64,000 nucleotides of DNA from an uncultured delta proteobacterium (GCA_963850305.1 CAWKKR010000008.1:1504001-1568000); one strand, 5' to 3'. Shown: positions 1 to 13,290, numbered from the stretch's first letter. Numbers and translations are program-made. The notes: a model not told the origin generated them from the letters alone.

Positions 1-2
1 CG

Positions 3-371
3 CGAGCGAGCGCTGCGATCGTCGTCATCGTCAACCCGACGAATCCGATTCGCGCCCTCGGACCGGGTGAGCTCGAAGCCATCTTCACCACGCGGAAGCT
101 CGACTGGCCGGGCGGCGCGCGCGTCGTGCCATTCAACTTCCCAGCGCGTGATCCGGTTCGCGAAGCGTTCGACAGGAGCGCGCTCCACTTCGATGCGGAC
201 GAGGCAGCCCGCTACTGGATCGATCGGCGGGTGCGTGGTGGTCATCCACCTCCGCGCCAGGTACCCGATGCGCGAACCATGCTCCGCGTGGTTGCGTCGC
301 TCGATGCTGCGGTCGGGTACCTGCCCGGCGGCGTGGCGGACGGAACCGTCAAGATCGTGGCTGAGCTGTGA
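3..371 (+). CDS. 5'-partial periplasmic-binding-protein-like (phosphate ABC SBP-like) protein
   Basis: Frame is open from the window start: IVVIVNPTNPIRAL...IFTTRKLDWPGG...AVGYLP. This resembles the small PBP-like proteins found upstream of sensor kinases. Confidence 0.65.
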   Translation, partial: RASAAIVVIVNPTNPIRALGPGELEAIFTTRKLDWPGGARVVPFNFPARDPVREAFDRSALHFDADEAARYWIDRRVRGGHPPPRQVPDARTMLRVVASLDAAVGYLPGGVADGTVKIVAEL

Positions 372-380
372 GGTGAAAAC

Positions 381-608
381 ATGAAGAAGCTCATGGTGCT
401 CCTGGTTGTGGCGCTCTCCCAAGCATGCGCGAACACCGCGACGTGCGACCCCGACGAGATGCTCGTCGACGATCTCTGCTTGCCGCTCCCGCCGATCCCC
501 GAGGCGGGGGCGCCGGATGCCGGGCTCCGGGATGCGGCTGCTCTAACCGCGCGGGATGGTGGCCGAGAGGCACGATCGGACGCCGGGTCGCTCGGCGAGA
601 GGAATTGA
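381..608 (+). CDS. small putative lipoprotein
   Basis: GAGG RBS; MKKLMVLLVVALSQAC signal peptide with lipobox-like Cys; sits in operon-like spacing. Confidence 0.6.
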   Translation: MKKLMVLLVVALSQACANTATCDPDEMLVDDLCLPLPPIPEAGAPDAGLRDAAALTARDGGREARSDAGSLGERN

Positions 609-619
609 GGCAGCAAAAG

Positions 620-3305
<2,686 letters not shown>

Positions 3306-3317
3306 ACTCGGCGAGGA

Positions 3318-4667
3318 TCAGTGAATCGGCGCGTAGTCCGTCGTGCAGCCGAACACGACCTCGACGCTCGGAAGCGCGCCCGCGTCGCCCTCGATCAAAC
3401 CGCCGTCTCCACGGCCTGCGTTGATGCTCGAGCAGGTGTTCGGGCAGAGCAGGATCTGCGTCGGGTTGTCGGGCGGGTCGAAATACCAGGCCTTCGCCGT
3501 GGTGTTCGCGCAATCGGCGACCGTCTTCGCCTGGTAAATGATTTCCTGGTTTCCCGCGGACGTCGAGAAGATGGCGTTCACCTTCGTCGGGTCGAAGGTC
3601 TCCCCCGCCGGAGGATCCGGCACCGCGAAGGCGCACGCCAGCTTCGTCGTCTGGGTCTCCGTCTTCGTCTCATAAACGGTCTTCGTCACCGTCTGGCGGA
3701 TGGTGTTCAGCGCCGTCGTGAGATCCGAACCGCCGCCGATGTCGCACGCCTCGTTGCCCGCGTTCGGTGGGTTGCAGTTCGTCCCGCCCGCCACGGCGAG
3801 CGCGTCGAGGAAGCCGAAGTCGACCTCACTGGCGTTTGCGCCCGCCATGCCGATCGCGAACGTCAGGATGCCTTGCTTGTAAGCGTCGCCGGCGACGCCT
3901 TCGAGGTCCGTGAGAGTCGTGTCGCAACTCGACGGCTGCCCATCCGTCGCGAACACGACCACGCATTGCTCGTCGGGATGACTCGTCTGATACGTCTCGC
4001 AGTAGCTCTCCGCGCCCCGGAGGCCGCCCTCGGTGGGCGTGCTGAGACCGGTCGGGGCGCCGGGCAACGCGCCTGTAATCGCGGCCGCGTTCGCCGGCAG
4101 TGGCCCCATCGGCACCGTGGGCGTGCTGTAGCCGGTTCCGTCGCAATTGCCGGGATTGGGAAATAGCGGCGGAAAAAACCCGAGCGCCACGTCGATGCCG
4201 GCAGACTTCGGATCGTTCACGAACGTGCTGATGCCGCTCGTGACGACGCTCCACTTCGTGCCGCTCGGCGTTGCCGGTTCGATCATGCTCCCGGACTGAT
4301 CGAGCATGATGAAGATCGCGACCGGCTTGTTCACCTCGACCGTCACGGGGACCTGGGTGGTCACCGTGCGACGTTCCGCGCCGACGGTTTGCCCCGCGCA
4401 CGAGCCGTCGGGCCCGTCCTGCGACGGAATGTTCGTCGTCGTGATGGTGATCATCACGCCGCCCGCGCTCGTGTCGACGAGCGAGCCGCTGCTGCCGGCG
4501 CCCGTGGTCTGCGAGCCTGCGCCGCCCGCGTTACCCGACGAGCCGCTGCCGGTCCCCTCGGTCTGCCCGAGCGACCTCGGTCCCGTGCCGGTGCTCGGCG
4601 AGCACGCTGCCATCGCCAGGGCCCCTGCGAGCCACGCCGCCCGATTCATCCCGAAGTGAGTATGCAT
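3318..4667 (-). CDS. VWA-domain lipoprotein (myxobacterial type)
   Basis: LAMAAC lipobox, Gly/Ser linker, MIDAS DQSGSM, VFATDGQP, and a C-terminal Cys motif (LCPNTC...FGC). Confidence 0.85.
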   Translation of the reverse strand: MHTHFGMNRAAWLAGALAMAACSPSTGTGPRSLGQTEGTGSGSSGNAGGAGSQTTGAGSSGSLVDTSAGGVMITITTTNIPSQDGPDGSCAGQTVGAERRTVTTQVPVTVEVNKPVAIFIMLDQSGSMIEPATPSGTKWSVVTSGISTFVNDPKSAGIDVALGFFPPLFPNPGNCDGTGYSTPTVPMGPLPANAAAITGALPGAPTGLSTPTEGGLRGAESYCETYQTSHPDEQCVVVFATDGQPSSCDTTLTDLEGVAGDAYKQGILTFAIGMAGANASEVDFGFLDALAVAGGTNCNPPNAGNEACDIGGGSDLTTALNTIRQTVTKTVYETKTETQTTKLACAFAVPDPPAGETFDPTKVNAIFSTSAGNQEIIYQAKTVADCANTTAKAWYFDPPDNPTQILLCPNTCSSINAGRGDGGLIEGDAGALPSVEVVFGCTTDYAPIH

Positions 4668-4873
4668 GACGCCGCCTTCGCACGGCGCCCCGCGAAGTGC
4701 TGCATGACGGGCGCCAAGAGTCTTGGTCACCATGTAGCAGACTTGCGCCATCGAACGCCGCGCCGCGCCGCTCACGGGTTTCTCTCGCGAGCGCAATCTC
4801 GCGCGCGAATACGGCTCGACCGTGAAATTCTAGTGCTTGTGCAAGAAGACGGATGTGCACGGGGTCCGTCGTA

Positions 4874-6679
4874 TCAGACGGATGCGCCCGTGAGCGCGTC
4901 GATGCGCGCGAGCAACAGATCGCGATGGAGCCTGAGGGCCTTCGGCATCGTCGAGCCGATCTTGTCGAAGAATTCCCCGTACGAGAGGATCTCCGTCTTC
5001 CACTCGTCGAGATCGATGTTCGTCGCCTCGTCGACCTTGTCGTGGGGGATATCGAGGCCCGACAGATCGAGGTCGCCCGCCTTCGGCACCCAGCCGAAGA
5101 GCGTCTCCTGACCGCCCACGCGAAGGCGCGCGCGATCCACGATCCACTTGAGGACGCGCATGTTCTCCCCGAACCCAGGCCAGAGGAATCTCCCGTCCTT
5201 GTCGCGACGGAACCAGTTCACCAGGAAGACCTTCGGTGGGTTCGTTATCTTGGACTGCATCGCGAGCCAGTGCTGGAAGTACTGGCCCATGTCGTACCCG
5301 CAGAACGGCAGCATCGCGAACGGATCGCGGCGCACGACGCCCACTTGCCCCGCGGCCGCCGCCGTCGTCTCGGACCCCAGCGTTGCGCCGAAGAACACCC
5401 CGTTCAGCCAGTTGAACGCTTGCATTACGAGGGGCACGGTCGTGGCGCGCCGTCCGCCGAAGATGATCGCGCTGATGGGCACGCCCGCCGGGTCGTCGTA
5501 GAACTTCGACAGGAACGGGTTGTTCGTCGCGGGCGCGGTGAAGCGCGCGTTCGGATGCGCCGCCTTTTCCGTCGAGCGCGGCGTCCAGGGACGGCCCTGC
5601 CAATCTATGAGCTCGGGCGGCACCGGACCGTCCTTGCCCTCCCACCACACGTCGCCGTCCGGCGTGCGCGCCACGTTCGTGAAGATCGTATCGCGGATCA
5701 CCGACTTCATCGCGTTCGCGTTCGATTCGTAGCTGGTGCCCGGCGCGACGCCGAAGTAGCCGAACTCCGGGTTCACGGCGTAGAGCTTTCCGTCTTCGCC
5801 GACTCGCATCCACGCGATGTCGTCGCCGACGGTCCAGATCTTCCATCCCTTGAAGCGCTTGGGCGGAATCATCATGGCGAAGTTCGTCTTGCCGCAGGCG
5901 CTCGGGAACGCCCCGGCGACGTACGTCATCTCGCCTTCCGGGCTCTCCACACCGAGGATCAGCATATGCTCGGCGAGCCACCCCTCCTTCTTGCCGAGGT
6001 AGCTCCCGATGCGCAGCGCGAGGCACTTCTTGCCGAGTAGAACGTTCCCGCCGTAGCCGGAGCCGATCGACCAGATCGTGTTGTCCTGCGGGAAGTGACA
6101 GATGAACCTCCGCTCGGGGTTGCAGTCCAGCGTCGAGTGGAGGCCCCGGTTGAACTCGCCTCCCGAGCCGAGCATGTCGAGCGCGATCTTACCCATCCGG
6201 GTCATGATCCGCATGTTGAGCGCGACGTAGACGCTGTCCGTAAGCTCGATGCCAATCTTCGACATCTTCGAGCCGGCGGGGCCCATGATGTACGGCACGA
6301 CGTACATCGTGCGACCCTTCATGGAGCCGTCGAAGAGCTTCCCGAGTTTCTCGTAAGCCTGCTTCGGATCCATCCAGTTGTTGGTCGGACCCGCCTCGTC
6401 CTTCGTGGGCGTGCAGATGAAGGTGAGCTGCTCCACGCGAGCCACGTCGTTCGGGTTCGAACGATGCAGGTAACAGCCGGGTAGCTTCTCCTGGTTCAAC
6501 GGCTCGAGGACTTTTTGAGCGACGGCGTCCGCCGTGAAGCGCCGCTTCTCGTCTTCGGAGCCGTCGCACCAAACGATGCGGTCGGGTTTCGTCAGCTGAG
6601 CCATCTCGCTCACCCATCTCGAAAGCTCTGCGCTGGTCGTGGGAACTCGGCCTGAAGAATCCGCGGGCTGTGACGTCAT
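4874..6679 (-). CDS. pckG: phosphoenolpyruvate carboxykinase (GTP)
   Basis: [44 protein letters not shown]; about 600 aa. Confidence 0.97.
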   Translation of the reverse strand: MTSQPADSSGRVPTTSAELSRWVSEMAQLTKPDRIVWCDGSEDEKRRFTADAVAQKVLEPLNQEKLPGCYLHRSNPNDVARVEQLTFICTPTKDEAGPTNNWMDPKQAYEKLGKLFDGSMKGRTMYVVPYIMGPAGSKMSKIGIELTDSVYVALNMRIMTRMGKIALDMLGSGGEFNRGLHSTLDCNPERRFICHFPQDNTIWSIGSGYGGNVLLGKKCLALRIGSYLGKKEGWLAEHMLILGVESPEGEMTYVAGAFPSACGKTNFAMMIPPKRFKGWKIWTVGDDIAWMRVGEDGKLYAVNPEFGYFGVAPGTSYESNANAMKSVIRDTIFTNVARTPDGDVWWEGKDGPVPPELIDWQGRPWTPRSTEKAAHPNARFTAPATNNPFLSKFYDDPAGVPISAIIFGGRRATTVPLVMQAFNWLNGVFFGATLGSETTAAAAGQVGVVRRDPFAMLPFCGYDMGQYFQHWLAMQSKITNPPKVFLVNWFRRDKDGRFLWPGFGENMRVLKWIVDRARLRVGGQETLFGWVPKAGDLDLSGLDIPHDKVDEATNIDLDEWKTEILSYGEFFDKIGSTMPKALRLHRDLLLARIDALTGASV

Positions 6680-6764
6680 GCGCGTCGCTTTACCGCGAGT
6701 CCGCCTGCGGCGCATCAGTAGTTCCGCATCGACGAGCAGCGCCGTCCCCGAGGGATCAAAGAGC

Positions 6765-6928
6765 TGCGGAACTTTGCGAGCGCAGCGAGCCCGCCGAAGG
6801 CGGCGGGGGAGCGGTCGCGAAGCGAGCCGCGGGGGTCAAGACCCCCTTGCGAGGGGAACGAGCCCGCCGAAGGCGGCGGGGGAGCGGTCGCGAAGCGAGC
6901 CGCGGGGGTCAACGCCCCCCTTTCCTAG
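6765..6928. repeat. REP/MITE-like palindromic element, two tandem copies of the core, ending in CTAG
   Basis: The 54-bp core CGAGCCCGCCGAAGGCGGCGGGGGAGCGGTCGCGAAGCGAGCCGCGGGGGTCAA occurs at 6786-6839 and 6859-6912. The same element is inverted at 59242-59333. Confidence 0.9.
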
Positions 6929-7141
6929 TAGATTTGGGCTCGCTGGACTGGTTGAACCATGGCGGACGACTGGCGGCGGGACCAGCCAGCCCATCTTCTT
7001 CTTCCGCGTGGAAATCCCCTCGCCCACGCCGCTCCCTGCGGAGGTGCCGTCGTCGGAGCGTCACCCGACGCGGTGCGTGACGCCGTTCCCACTGGCGGGT
7101 CACGAGGACCCAAACGGCGTCCGGTGCTACGACCCCCACGC

Positions 7142-7663
7142 ATGCGCTCGGCCGGCTCCGACGAACCCGATGAGGCCGAGGAGGATCTGCGGTCTCGCAC
7201 CAATCTCAAGCGGGAACGCCGCGAGTCGGAGGAGGCTCTGCTCGCTCTCGCCAGGGACCTGGTGTCCCTCGCCGACCGCACCCTGTCGAAGCTCGAGCTC
7301 TCCGACGAGCTATTTTCCACCATCGGCGAGGCGCGTCGCATCCACGAACCTTCGCCGCACCACCGTGCCCTTCGGCGCGTCCGCATCGCCCTCCGCGGCG
7401 TCGACGCGGCATCCATCGAGAAGCGGCTCCGTCGTTTGCGCGATCCATCGCGGGGGACCAAGGAACCGTCACTTCTCGAACGATGGTGCGATCGGCTCCT
7501 CGCCGGCAACGAATCGGATCTGGACGCGTTCGTCGAGACATTCCCCGACGTCGACCGCCGGCAGTTGCGGACACTGCTTCGCAATCATCGCAAGGCCACG
7601 GACTCAGGTCGCGCGGAGTGCCTTTCGACCCTCACGAAGGCGCTTCGAAAATACGTCGGCTAG
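7142..7663 (+). CDS. darP: ribosome biogenesis factor DarP/YjgA (DUF615)
   Basis: SRTNLKRE...LALARDLV...LERWCDRLL...FPDVDRRQLRTLLRN matches the YjgA pattern. Confidence 0.8.
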   Translation: MRSAGSDEPDEAEEDLRSRTNLKRERRESEEALLALARDLVSLADRTLSKLELSDELFSTIGEARRIHEPSPHHRALRRVRIALRGVDAASIEKRLRRLRDPSRGTKEPSLLERWCDRLLAGNESDLDAFVETFPDVDRRQLRTLLRNHRKATDSGRAECLSTLTKALRKYVG

Positions 7664-8650
7664 CGTCGGCGCCGCCGGCGGCCGGATGGATTCCGGCGGC
7701 GCGGGACGTCCGCGACGAAGGATCTCGCGCCAATCTTCCGCGCTGTATTTCGCGGGAGCCGTCGTCGCGAGAAAATCGCGAACCAGTGCGATGAACCGCT
7801 TCGGATCCGCTCGGTGGGGAAAATGGCCCGCGTCTTCGAAAATCTCGAGCCGGCTGCCGGGCATGGCGCGATGTGCGACGTCCGCATGTCGTCGCGGCAG
7901 GACGGCGTCGTGCGCGCCCCAGAGCAGCAACGTGGGCATGCCGCGCGTGAGGTAGCATCGATCGAGCATCGTGATGGCCTGGCCACGCCAGTCCACCACG
8001 GCGCGGATCGTTCGGACGAAGGCTCGCCGCGCCGTCGCGTCGGGGAGCGCGTCGAACACGCCGAGCAAGTCCTCCGCGTCCCTGCCGAGATCGGTGTTCA
8101 GTCGTTGCAGCAGGCGCAGCCCGAGCCAGATGGCGAACCGCGTCGGGGGCAGCGGCACGAGCGGCAAGAATGGACCCGAGATGGGCGCCGAGGCGAGCCT
8201 CAGGAACGGATGCACCTCGTGCGACACGCCACCCGTGCTCACCAGCACGAGGCGCTCGCAGCGCTCGGGGTATTGATATGCGAACTGCATCGCGATCCCC
8301 CCGCCGAGCGAGTGCCCCACGACCGTGACGCGATCCACGTCGAGCACGCTCAGCAGATCACGCATCGCGTTCGCATAGGCGGCAATCGAGTAGTCCGCGC
8401 GTGGCTTGTCGGAGCGGCCGTGACCCAGCAGATCCGGGGCGATGATCGTATGATCGCGTGCCAGATCCGGAATCACGCCGCGCCACGTGTCGGAGCAATC
8501 CCCGATGCCGTGAATCAAGAGAAGTGCGGGCCCGCGTCCCACCTGCACGAACGCGCGACGATAACCATGCACGGTCCGGAACTGCACCTCGTAGTCGAGC
8601 GCTCCGCTTCCCGTCGCCCGCGCGCGAACCGGTAAGGTGACGACCGTCAC
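7604..8650 (-). CDS. alpha/beta-fold hydrolase
   Basis: LLIHGIGD, PDLLGHG, GHSLGG nucleophile, LLWGAHD, GHFPH. GTG start after GGAG is inferred. Confidence 0.9.
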   Translation of the reverse strand: MTVVTLPVRARATGSGALDYEVQFRTVHGYRRAFVQVGRGPALLLIHGIGDCSDTWRGVIPDLARDHTIIAPDLLGHGRSDKPRADYSIAAYANAMRDLLSVLDVDRVTVVGHSLGGGIAMQFAYQYPERCERLVLVSTGGVSHEVHPFLRLASAPISGPFLPLVPLPPTRFAIWLGLRLLQRLNTDLGRDAEDLLGVFDALPDATARRAFVRTIRAVVDWRGQAITMLDRCYLTRGMPTLLLWGAHDAVLPRRHADVAHRAMPGSRLEIFEDAGHFPHRADPKRFIALVRDFLATTAPAKYSAEDWREILRRGRPAPPESIRPPAAPTLADVFSKRLREGRKALRAT

Positions 8651-8839
8651 GCACTCAACTCCGAGCTCGTCATGATCAACGACGGAGTCTAGCAAACTTC
8701 CACGCTCACCCGTACCGCATCCGACGGTACGAGCTTCGCGAAAGCCACCGGAAACGGGCTCGAAATGTCTCCCACGCGTTTCCTCGTTCGTTCTTTTCCG
8801 CGATCGGCGGCGCGGGCGCGCTACGCTCGCGAACCTCAC

Positions 8840-9304
8840 GTGGCGGACGGTGATGACGCTTGGATGCGCGCGGCGCTCGACGAGGCTCGTCGCGCGACGG
8901 AGCATGGCGACGTTCCGGTCGGGTGCATCGTCCTCGGACCGGACGGAAGGGAGCTTGCCCGCGGCCGAAACCTACGGGAACATGACGGTGATCCGACGGC
9001 CCACGCGGAAATCGTCGCGATCCGTGCTGCCGCCCGGGCGCGCGGACTGTGGCGTCTCGACGGCTGCACGCTGTTCGTCACACTGGAGCCGTGCGCGATG
9101 TGTGCCGGGGCGCTCGTCAATGCCCGCGTATCTCGTCTGGTCTTCGGCGCCGCGGACCCGAAGGCGGGAGCCGTCGTGTCGCTGTTCCATGTCGGTCGCG
9201 ACCCGCGTTTGAATCATCGATTCGAGGTCGAAGCCGGCGTTCTCGCGGACGAGTCCGCGGCCCTGCTCCGTGCATTTTTCGAACGTCTTCGCGCGCGTGG
9301 TTGA
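8840..9304 (+). CDS. tadA: tRNA adenosine(34) deaminase
   Basis: DVPVGC, DPTAHAE, TLEPCAMCAGA, DPKAGA, LNHR. Confidence 0.93.
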   Translation: MADGDDAWMRAALDEARRATEHGDVPVGCIVLGPDGRELARGRNLREHDGDPTAHAEIVAIRAAARARGLWRLDGCTLFVTLEPCAMCAGALVNARVSRLVFGAADPKAGAVVSLFHVGRDPRLNHRFEVEAGVLADESAALLRAFFERLRARG

Positions 9305-9311
9305 GCGAGCT

Positions 9312-11588
9312 CTACGGCCCCTCCGTGTCCGGCTCGGGCGCGTCCGGTGCGAGGTCGGGGACGTCCGGCTCGGCGCTGCCGCTCTCTGGTTCGCCGTCTT
9401 CGGCTCCGGGCACGCCAAGGTGGACCGTTTCCGCGATGCCCGCGGCAAGCTCGCGGTCGTCCACTTTGCGGATCTTGTGCGCGATGTCCATGAGGTGACG
9501 CAGATAGTCCGCCCACAGCTTCGACAACGTGCCATCCGGGGCGAAGTGACGAATTTTTGGGTTCGGCAGGATGCTGACGAGATAGAAGGCCTGCGCAAGG
9601 GAGAGGTCCTTCGGCAGTGAATTGAAGTAGTGCTCTGCGGCGGGTCCGATTCCGTAGAGTCCCGGCGCGAACTCGATGACGTTCAGATAGAGTTCGAGGA
9701 TCCGTTCCTTCGTCAGGCTCTGCTCGAGCAGAACCGTCAGCACGGACTCCTGCAGCTTTCGTGACAGCGTCTTTTCGCGGCCAAGGTAGAGATTCTTGGC
9801 AAGCTGCATCGAGACCGTGCTCGCGCCTCGCAGGAACTTGCCGGCGCGGAGGTTGTCGCGGATGGAGTCGCGGATCGACTTCTCGTTGAAGCCGTGGTGA
9901 ACCCAGAAGTTCGAGTCTTCACACACGACGACCGCGATCGGGACATACGGGCTGATCTCGGTGAGCGGAACCCAGTCCCGGGTTCCAGGACCGCTCTCTA
10001 TCGTCGTCGGAACGTCACCGGGCCCGAGGACGGTGCGCTCCCAGGGTCGAGAGAATCGGTCGGCGGAAATGGCAGCCGGCACTTTCGTGATCCGACAGTC
10101 GTTCGCGGCGCTCAAGTCGACCTGCGCGTCGCCGGGCCGTCGCGTGTCGAACGTGAGGCCGCCCGAGAACGCGAACGTGCCCGACACCTCGAGCCCGCCG
10201 AGCAGCGGCACCAGCGACGGCGGGATCGACGCGAGCATGTCGCTGCATGCCGCGAGAGGGATCTCCGCGTGAATCGTTCCGTGTGAGTATCCGTCCTCCC
10301 TGAAGAGCTCGCCAGTCGCGCCGAGTTTCACCTTGCCGACGCCGATCTGCACGTCGTCCACCCGAACGTGATTTCCGTCGAGGCTCACGTCGGCTCCGCC
10401 GGAGAGCGACAGTTCGAGCCCCCGGACGGGGTCACCCGCAAGCCTGGGTTGATCGATCGCGAGACCCGAGAAGCGCGAGCGTCCTTCGATATGGAGGGTC
10501 CGGCCGTCGCTCGTCAGCGTGGCGCGACCGTTCGCTTCGACGTCCGACCGCTCGACGTCTTCGAGACCCATGTCGCCTTCCTTGACGCCGAGAGCGCGCA
10601 AGCTGAGCGGCCCTCCCCCGAGCGCAATGTCGATGGGCCCCGCGCCGGACGGCACCGACGCTTCGACGTGAAGCGGTACCTTTCCGTCGTCGGCGCCGGA
10701 CGTGAGCCCGATCCGCGTGCCGCCGGCGTCGGACGACAGCATGAGCGTCGCGGGTCCAACGTTCAACGAGTCTCCGTCGTGTCGGATTGTGATGTGCGCT
10801 CCGCGGAGCTCCACCTTGGAAGAGGGACGGAGCCACGACGAAATCCGCGTCGCGACTCGTTCGAGATCCGCGCGGAGGCGCGAGCCGGGATTCTCCGTCG
10901 CGGGTTCCGCCGTTCCCTCGCGAGCGAGGTCTCGTCCAGCATCGCTCGCATCGAGGTCCACGCTCGCGTCGAGCCGCGCTGCGGCGAGGCCGACCAACAC
11001 CCGTCGCTCGCCGTCCCGTTCCAGATCGACGTCCCCTCGCGAAGCCTCGACGTCAATCCGTCCGAACGACAGCCGAGCGAGATCTGCCGCGAGACGTTCG
11101 CGGCCGTCCGGAGCACGTGAGTAACGGATGCCCCACGCGAATTCCGCCGGCTTGCCCGCCGCTCCGGTCCACGAGAGGTCCACACCGTCGACGGCTATCC
11201 TCAGGTCGCGATGCTCGCGGCCGACCGTCGTTGCATTGGTGTGCGCGTCACGCCAGCCCTCGAGTTGCTTCGCGATGGCCTCGTTCGATCCATTCACTCG
11301 AACGTGGCCACCGTGCACTTCGACGCTGCGGGGTGAGAGAGCCAGACTCGGTGTCACTATCACGTCATCCAGGGAAACCGTGACGCCGGGCACTTCGCGC
11401 GAGGCCATCGTGACACCGTGAAATCTCACGGTCCCCCATCCAAGCCGCGTTTTGCGGATGACCAGACGCAGACCCATCGCCGCCGCGCGGTTCACCGCGT
11501 CGCGACGCGCGAGCGACGGCGCCGCGGCCACGAACGCACAAGCCGCGGCCGCGGCAGCACCGAGCGCATAGAGCCGGCGGCGGTTCAC
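9312..11588 (-). CDS. biosynthetic peptidoglycan transglycosylase-domain protein (GT51) with long N-terminal extension
   Basis: EDSNFWVHHG, RGASTVSMQLAKNLYL, RKLQE, KERILELYLN. Confidence 0.9.
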   Translation of the reverse strand: MNRRRLYALGAAAAAACAFVAAAPSLARRDAVNRAAAMGLRLVIRKTRLGWGTVRFHGVTMASREVPGVTVSLDDVIVTPSLALSPRSVEVHGGHVRVNGSNEAIAKQLEGWRDAHTNATTVGREHRDLRIAVDGVDLSWTGAAGKPAEFAWGIRYSRAPDGRERLAADLARLSFGRIDVEASRGDVDLERDGERRVLVGLAAARLDASVDLDASDAGRDLAREGTAEPATENPGSRLRADLERVATRISSWLRPSSKVELRGAHITIRHDGDSLNVGPATLMLSSDAGGTRIGLTSGADDGKVPLHVEASVPSGAGPIDIALGGGPLSLRALGVKEGDMGLEDVERSDVEANGRATLTSDGRTLHIEGRSRFSGLAIDQPRLAGDPVRGLELSLSGGADVSLDGNHVRVDDVQIGVGKVKLGATGELFREDGYSHGTIHAEIPLAACSDMLASIPPSLVPLLGGLEVSGTFAFSGGLTFDTRRPGDAQVDLSAANDCRITKVPAAISADRFSRPWERTVLGPGDVPTTIESGPGTRDWVPLTEISPYVPIAVVVCEDSNFWVHHGFNEKSIRDSIRDNLRAGKFLRGASTVSMQLAKNLYLGREKTLSRKLQESVLTVLLEQSLTKERILELYLNVIEFAPGLYGIGPAAEHYFNSLPKDLSLAQAFYLVSILPNPKIRHFAPDGTLSKLWADYLRHLMDIAHKIRKVDDRELAAGIAETVHLGVPGAEDGEPESGSAEPDVPDLAPDAPEPDTEGP

Positions 11589-11654
11589 GGGCAGGGAGAC
11601 TACAGCGCAATCGCCGCGTCGATGAAACCGCTTGGTCCAGCCGATTCACGGCCC

Positions 11655-11740
11655 CGAGCGCAGCGAGTCCCGGGGGGGCCGCCCGAAAGGGCCGTCCCTA
11701 CCGGAACAGCCGAGGGGGCGGGCAACGCCCCCTCTGCTAG
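11655..11740. repeat. degenerate palindromic element related to the 6.8-kb and 59.3-kb repeat
   Basis: Starts CGAGCGCAGCGAG, has stacked hairpins (GAGGGGGCG-GGCAA-CGCCCCCTC) and ends in CTAG, which overlaps the anti-sigma stop codon. Confidence 0.55.
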
Positions 11741-12579
11741 TAAATCGTCGAGACGAGCTCGGCGCTTTCGTCCGTGTCGAGATCGGTGGCGATGGCGTAG
11801 CCCACGCCGTGCTGCTCTTTCGCTGCGATCGAGTATCCGCGACGCATGCCCACGTGGATCGGCTGATTGTGGAAGACCCTCGGCTCGAGCACCCCTCTCA
11901 GGGGGACGCGCCGCGCATTGTAGATATAGACGGTCACCGGATGGTTCTCGATCCGGTAGCGGAAAATGGCGGCGCGTTGATTCTTCATCGGCATGATACT
12001 GCCGCCGACCCACGATGCGCCGAACTGCTTCAACGCAGGTTCTGCCACGGGGACTCCTACCTCGGGTTCGAGCTTCAGAATCTGGCTCGGCTCCGTGAAT
12101 TCAGGAGTCGGCGGCGCAGCGTGATAGCTCACGAGCTCGTCCAGCACCTGCTCCGGGTTCATCTGAGCGATCATGCTCGCCTTGCTCGTCTCCGTGTTTG
12201 CTCGGGAGTCCGAGTTCGCCTGCGGTCGGAAGTACCCGTTCAGCCACGTCACGAATGAAAAGGTCGTCGCCGCGGCAAGAAGGAGCGGCAAGATGCCCGT
12301 TCGACGAGCATCCTCCGAACCGACTGGCTGTCGAGACACGAGGATTCGCTCGCGCTCGTTCCGGAGTGCACCGGCGAGACGCTTTTCGAATCCGAGCGAC
12401 GGCGTGGCGTCCGCGATCACCGCGTTTCGCACACTCACGCGCACCGCGCTCGAGAAACGGAGCCGCTCTCCGCACGTCTCGCAGGTTGCGAGGTGCTGTT
12501 CCATGGCGAGTGTCTCTTCCGTGGACAGCTCGCCGTCGAGGAACGCGTCGAGCCACACGCTGGTTTCCTGGCAGCTCAT
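11737..12579 (-). CDS. zf-HC2 (ZAS) anti-sigma factor with a TM helix and C-terminal domain
   Basis: MSCQET...LDGEL...HLATCETC, one TM segment, and an ATGA overlap with the sigma gene. Confidence 0.88.
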   Translation of the reverse strand: MSCQETSVWLDAFLDGELSTEETLAMEQHLATCETCGERLRFSSAVRVSVRNAVIADATPSLGFEKRLAGALRNERERILVSRQPVGSEDARRTGILPLLLAAATTFSFVTWLNGYFRPQANSDSRANTETSKASMIAQMNPEQVLDELVSYHAAPPTPEFTEPSQILKLEPEVGVPVAEPALKQFGASWVGGSIMPMKNQRAAIFRYRIENHPVTVYIYNARRVPLRGVLEPRVFHNQPIHVGMRRGYSIAAKEQHGVGYAIATDLDTDESAELVSTIY

Positions 12580-13250
12580 TTTGCTCTCCTTTTCTCGCGA
12601 TAGGCCTGGAGCGCTACGGGCGCCGACGGGCCGTCGATGGCGGCGGGATCGGGCCTGTCGTTCGGCGTCGGGCGGTCGACGATGATGCCAAGCAGCGTTG
12701 CCTGCTCGATGAGCTTCGCCTTCACGAGATTGCGTCCGCGATGCAACCGCGACATCACCGTGCCGGGCGGACACCCGACCGCATCGGCGATCTCGCGGTA
12801 GCTGAGACCCTCGACGTCAGCCAGCAGGATCACGAGCCGAAACTCCTCCGGTAGGGTGTCGAGCACGCGCGTGATCTCCCGCTCCACGACCTGGCGCAGC
12901 GCCTGGCCTTCCGGATCGCGAGCGCCCCGTAGCGTCTCGGCACCGACCCAGCTGTCGGTGAGCGGGTCCGTCTCCGCACCGTCGAGCACGGCTCGCTCGA
13001 CCCCGCTCCTCCGAAAGCGGTTGATGAAAGTGTTTCTGAGGATGCGAAAAAGCCACGCTTTGAGGTTCGTCCCAGGCTCGTACTGAGCCCGCGCGCGGAG
13101 CGCCTTTATCAGCGTGTCCTGTACGAGATCTTCCGCGTCCGCGCGGTTTCGTGTCAGCCGGGTCGCGACTGCCAGCAGGCTCCCGCCGAACGCCAGGATG
13201 GCGCGCTCGAAATCTTCAAGCTCCGCTCGGGCGTCGGGACGGTTCACCAT
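12576..13250 (-). CDS. ECF RNA polymerase sigma factor
   Basis: DAEDLVQDT, TNLKAWLFRILRN, LSYREIA...GTVMSRLHRGR. Confidence 0.93.
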   Translation of the reverse strand: MVNRPDARAELEDFERAILAFGGSLLAVATRLTRNRADAEDLVQDTLIKALRARAQYEPGTNLKAWLFRILRNTFINRFRRSGVERAVLDGAETDPLTDSWVGAETLRGARDPEGQALRQVVEREITRVLDTLPEEFRLVILLADVEGLSYREIADAVGCPPGTVMSRLHRGRNLVKAKLIEQATLLGIIVDRPTPNDRPDPAAIDGPSAPVALQAYREKRRAK

Positions 13251-13290
13251 CGGCTCCTCCCGGGTAACCCGCCGGGGCGCGCCGCTATTC

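Noticed and set aside
6930..7139. Small ORF or ncRNA between the REP-like element and darP
   Set aside because: No recognisable protein motif, RBS or RNA-family signature; cannot be supported without a search.
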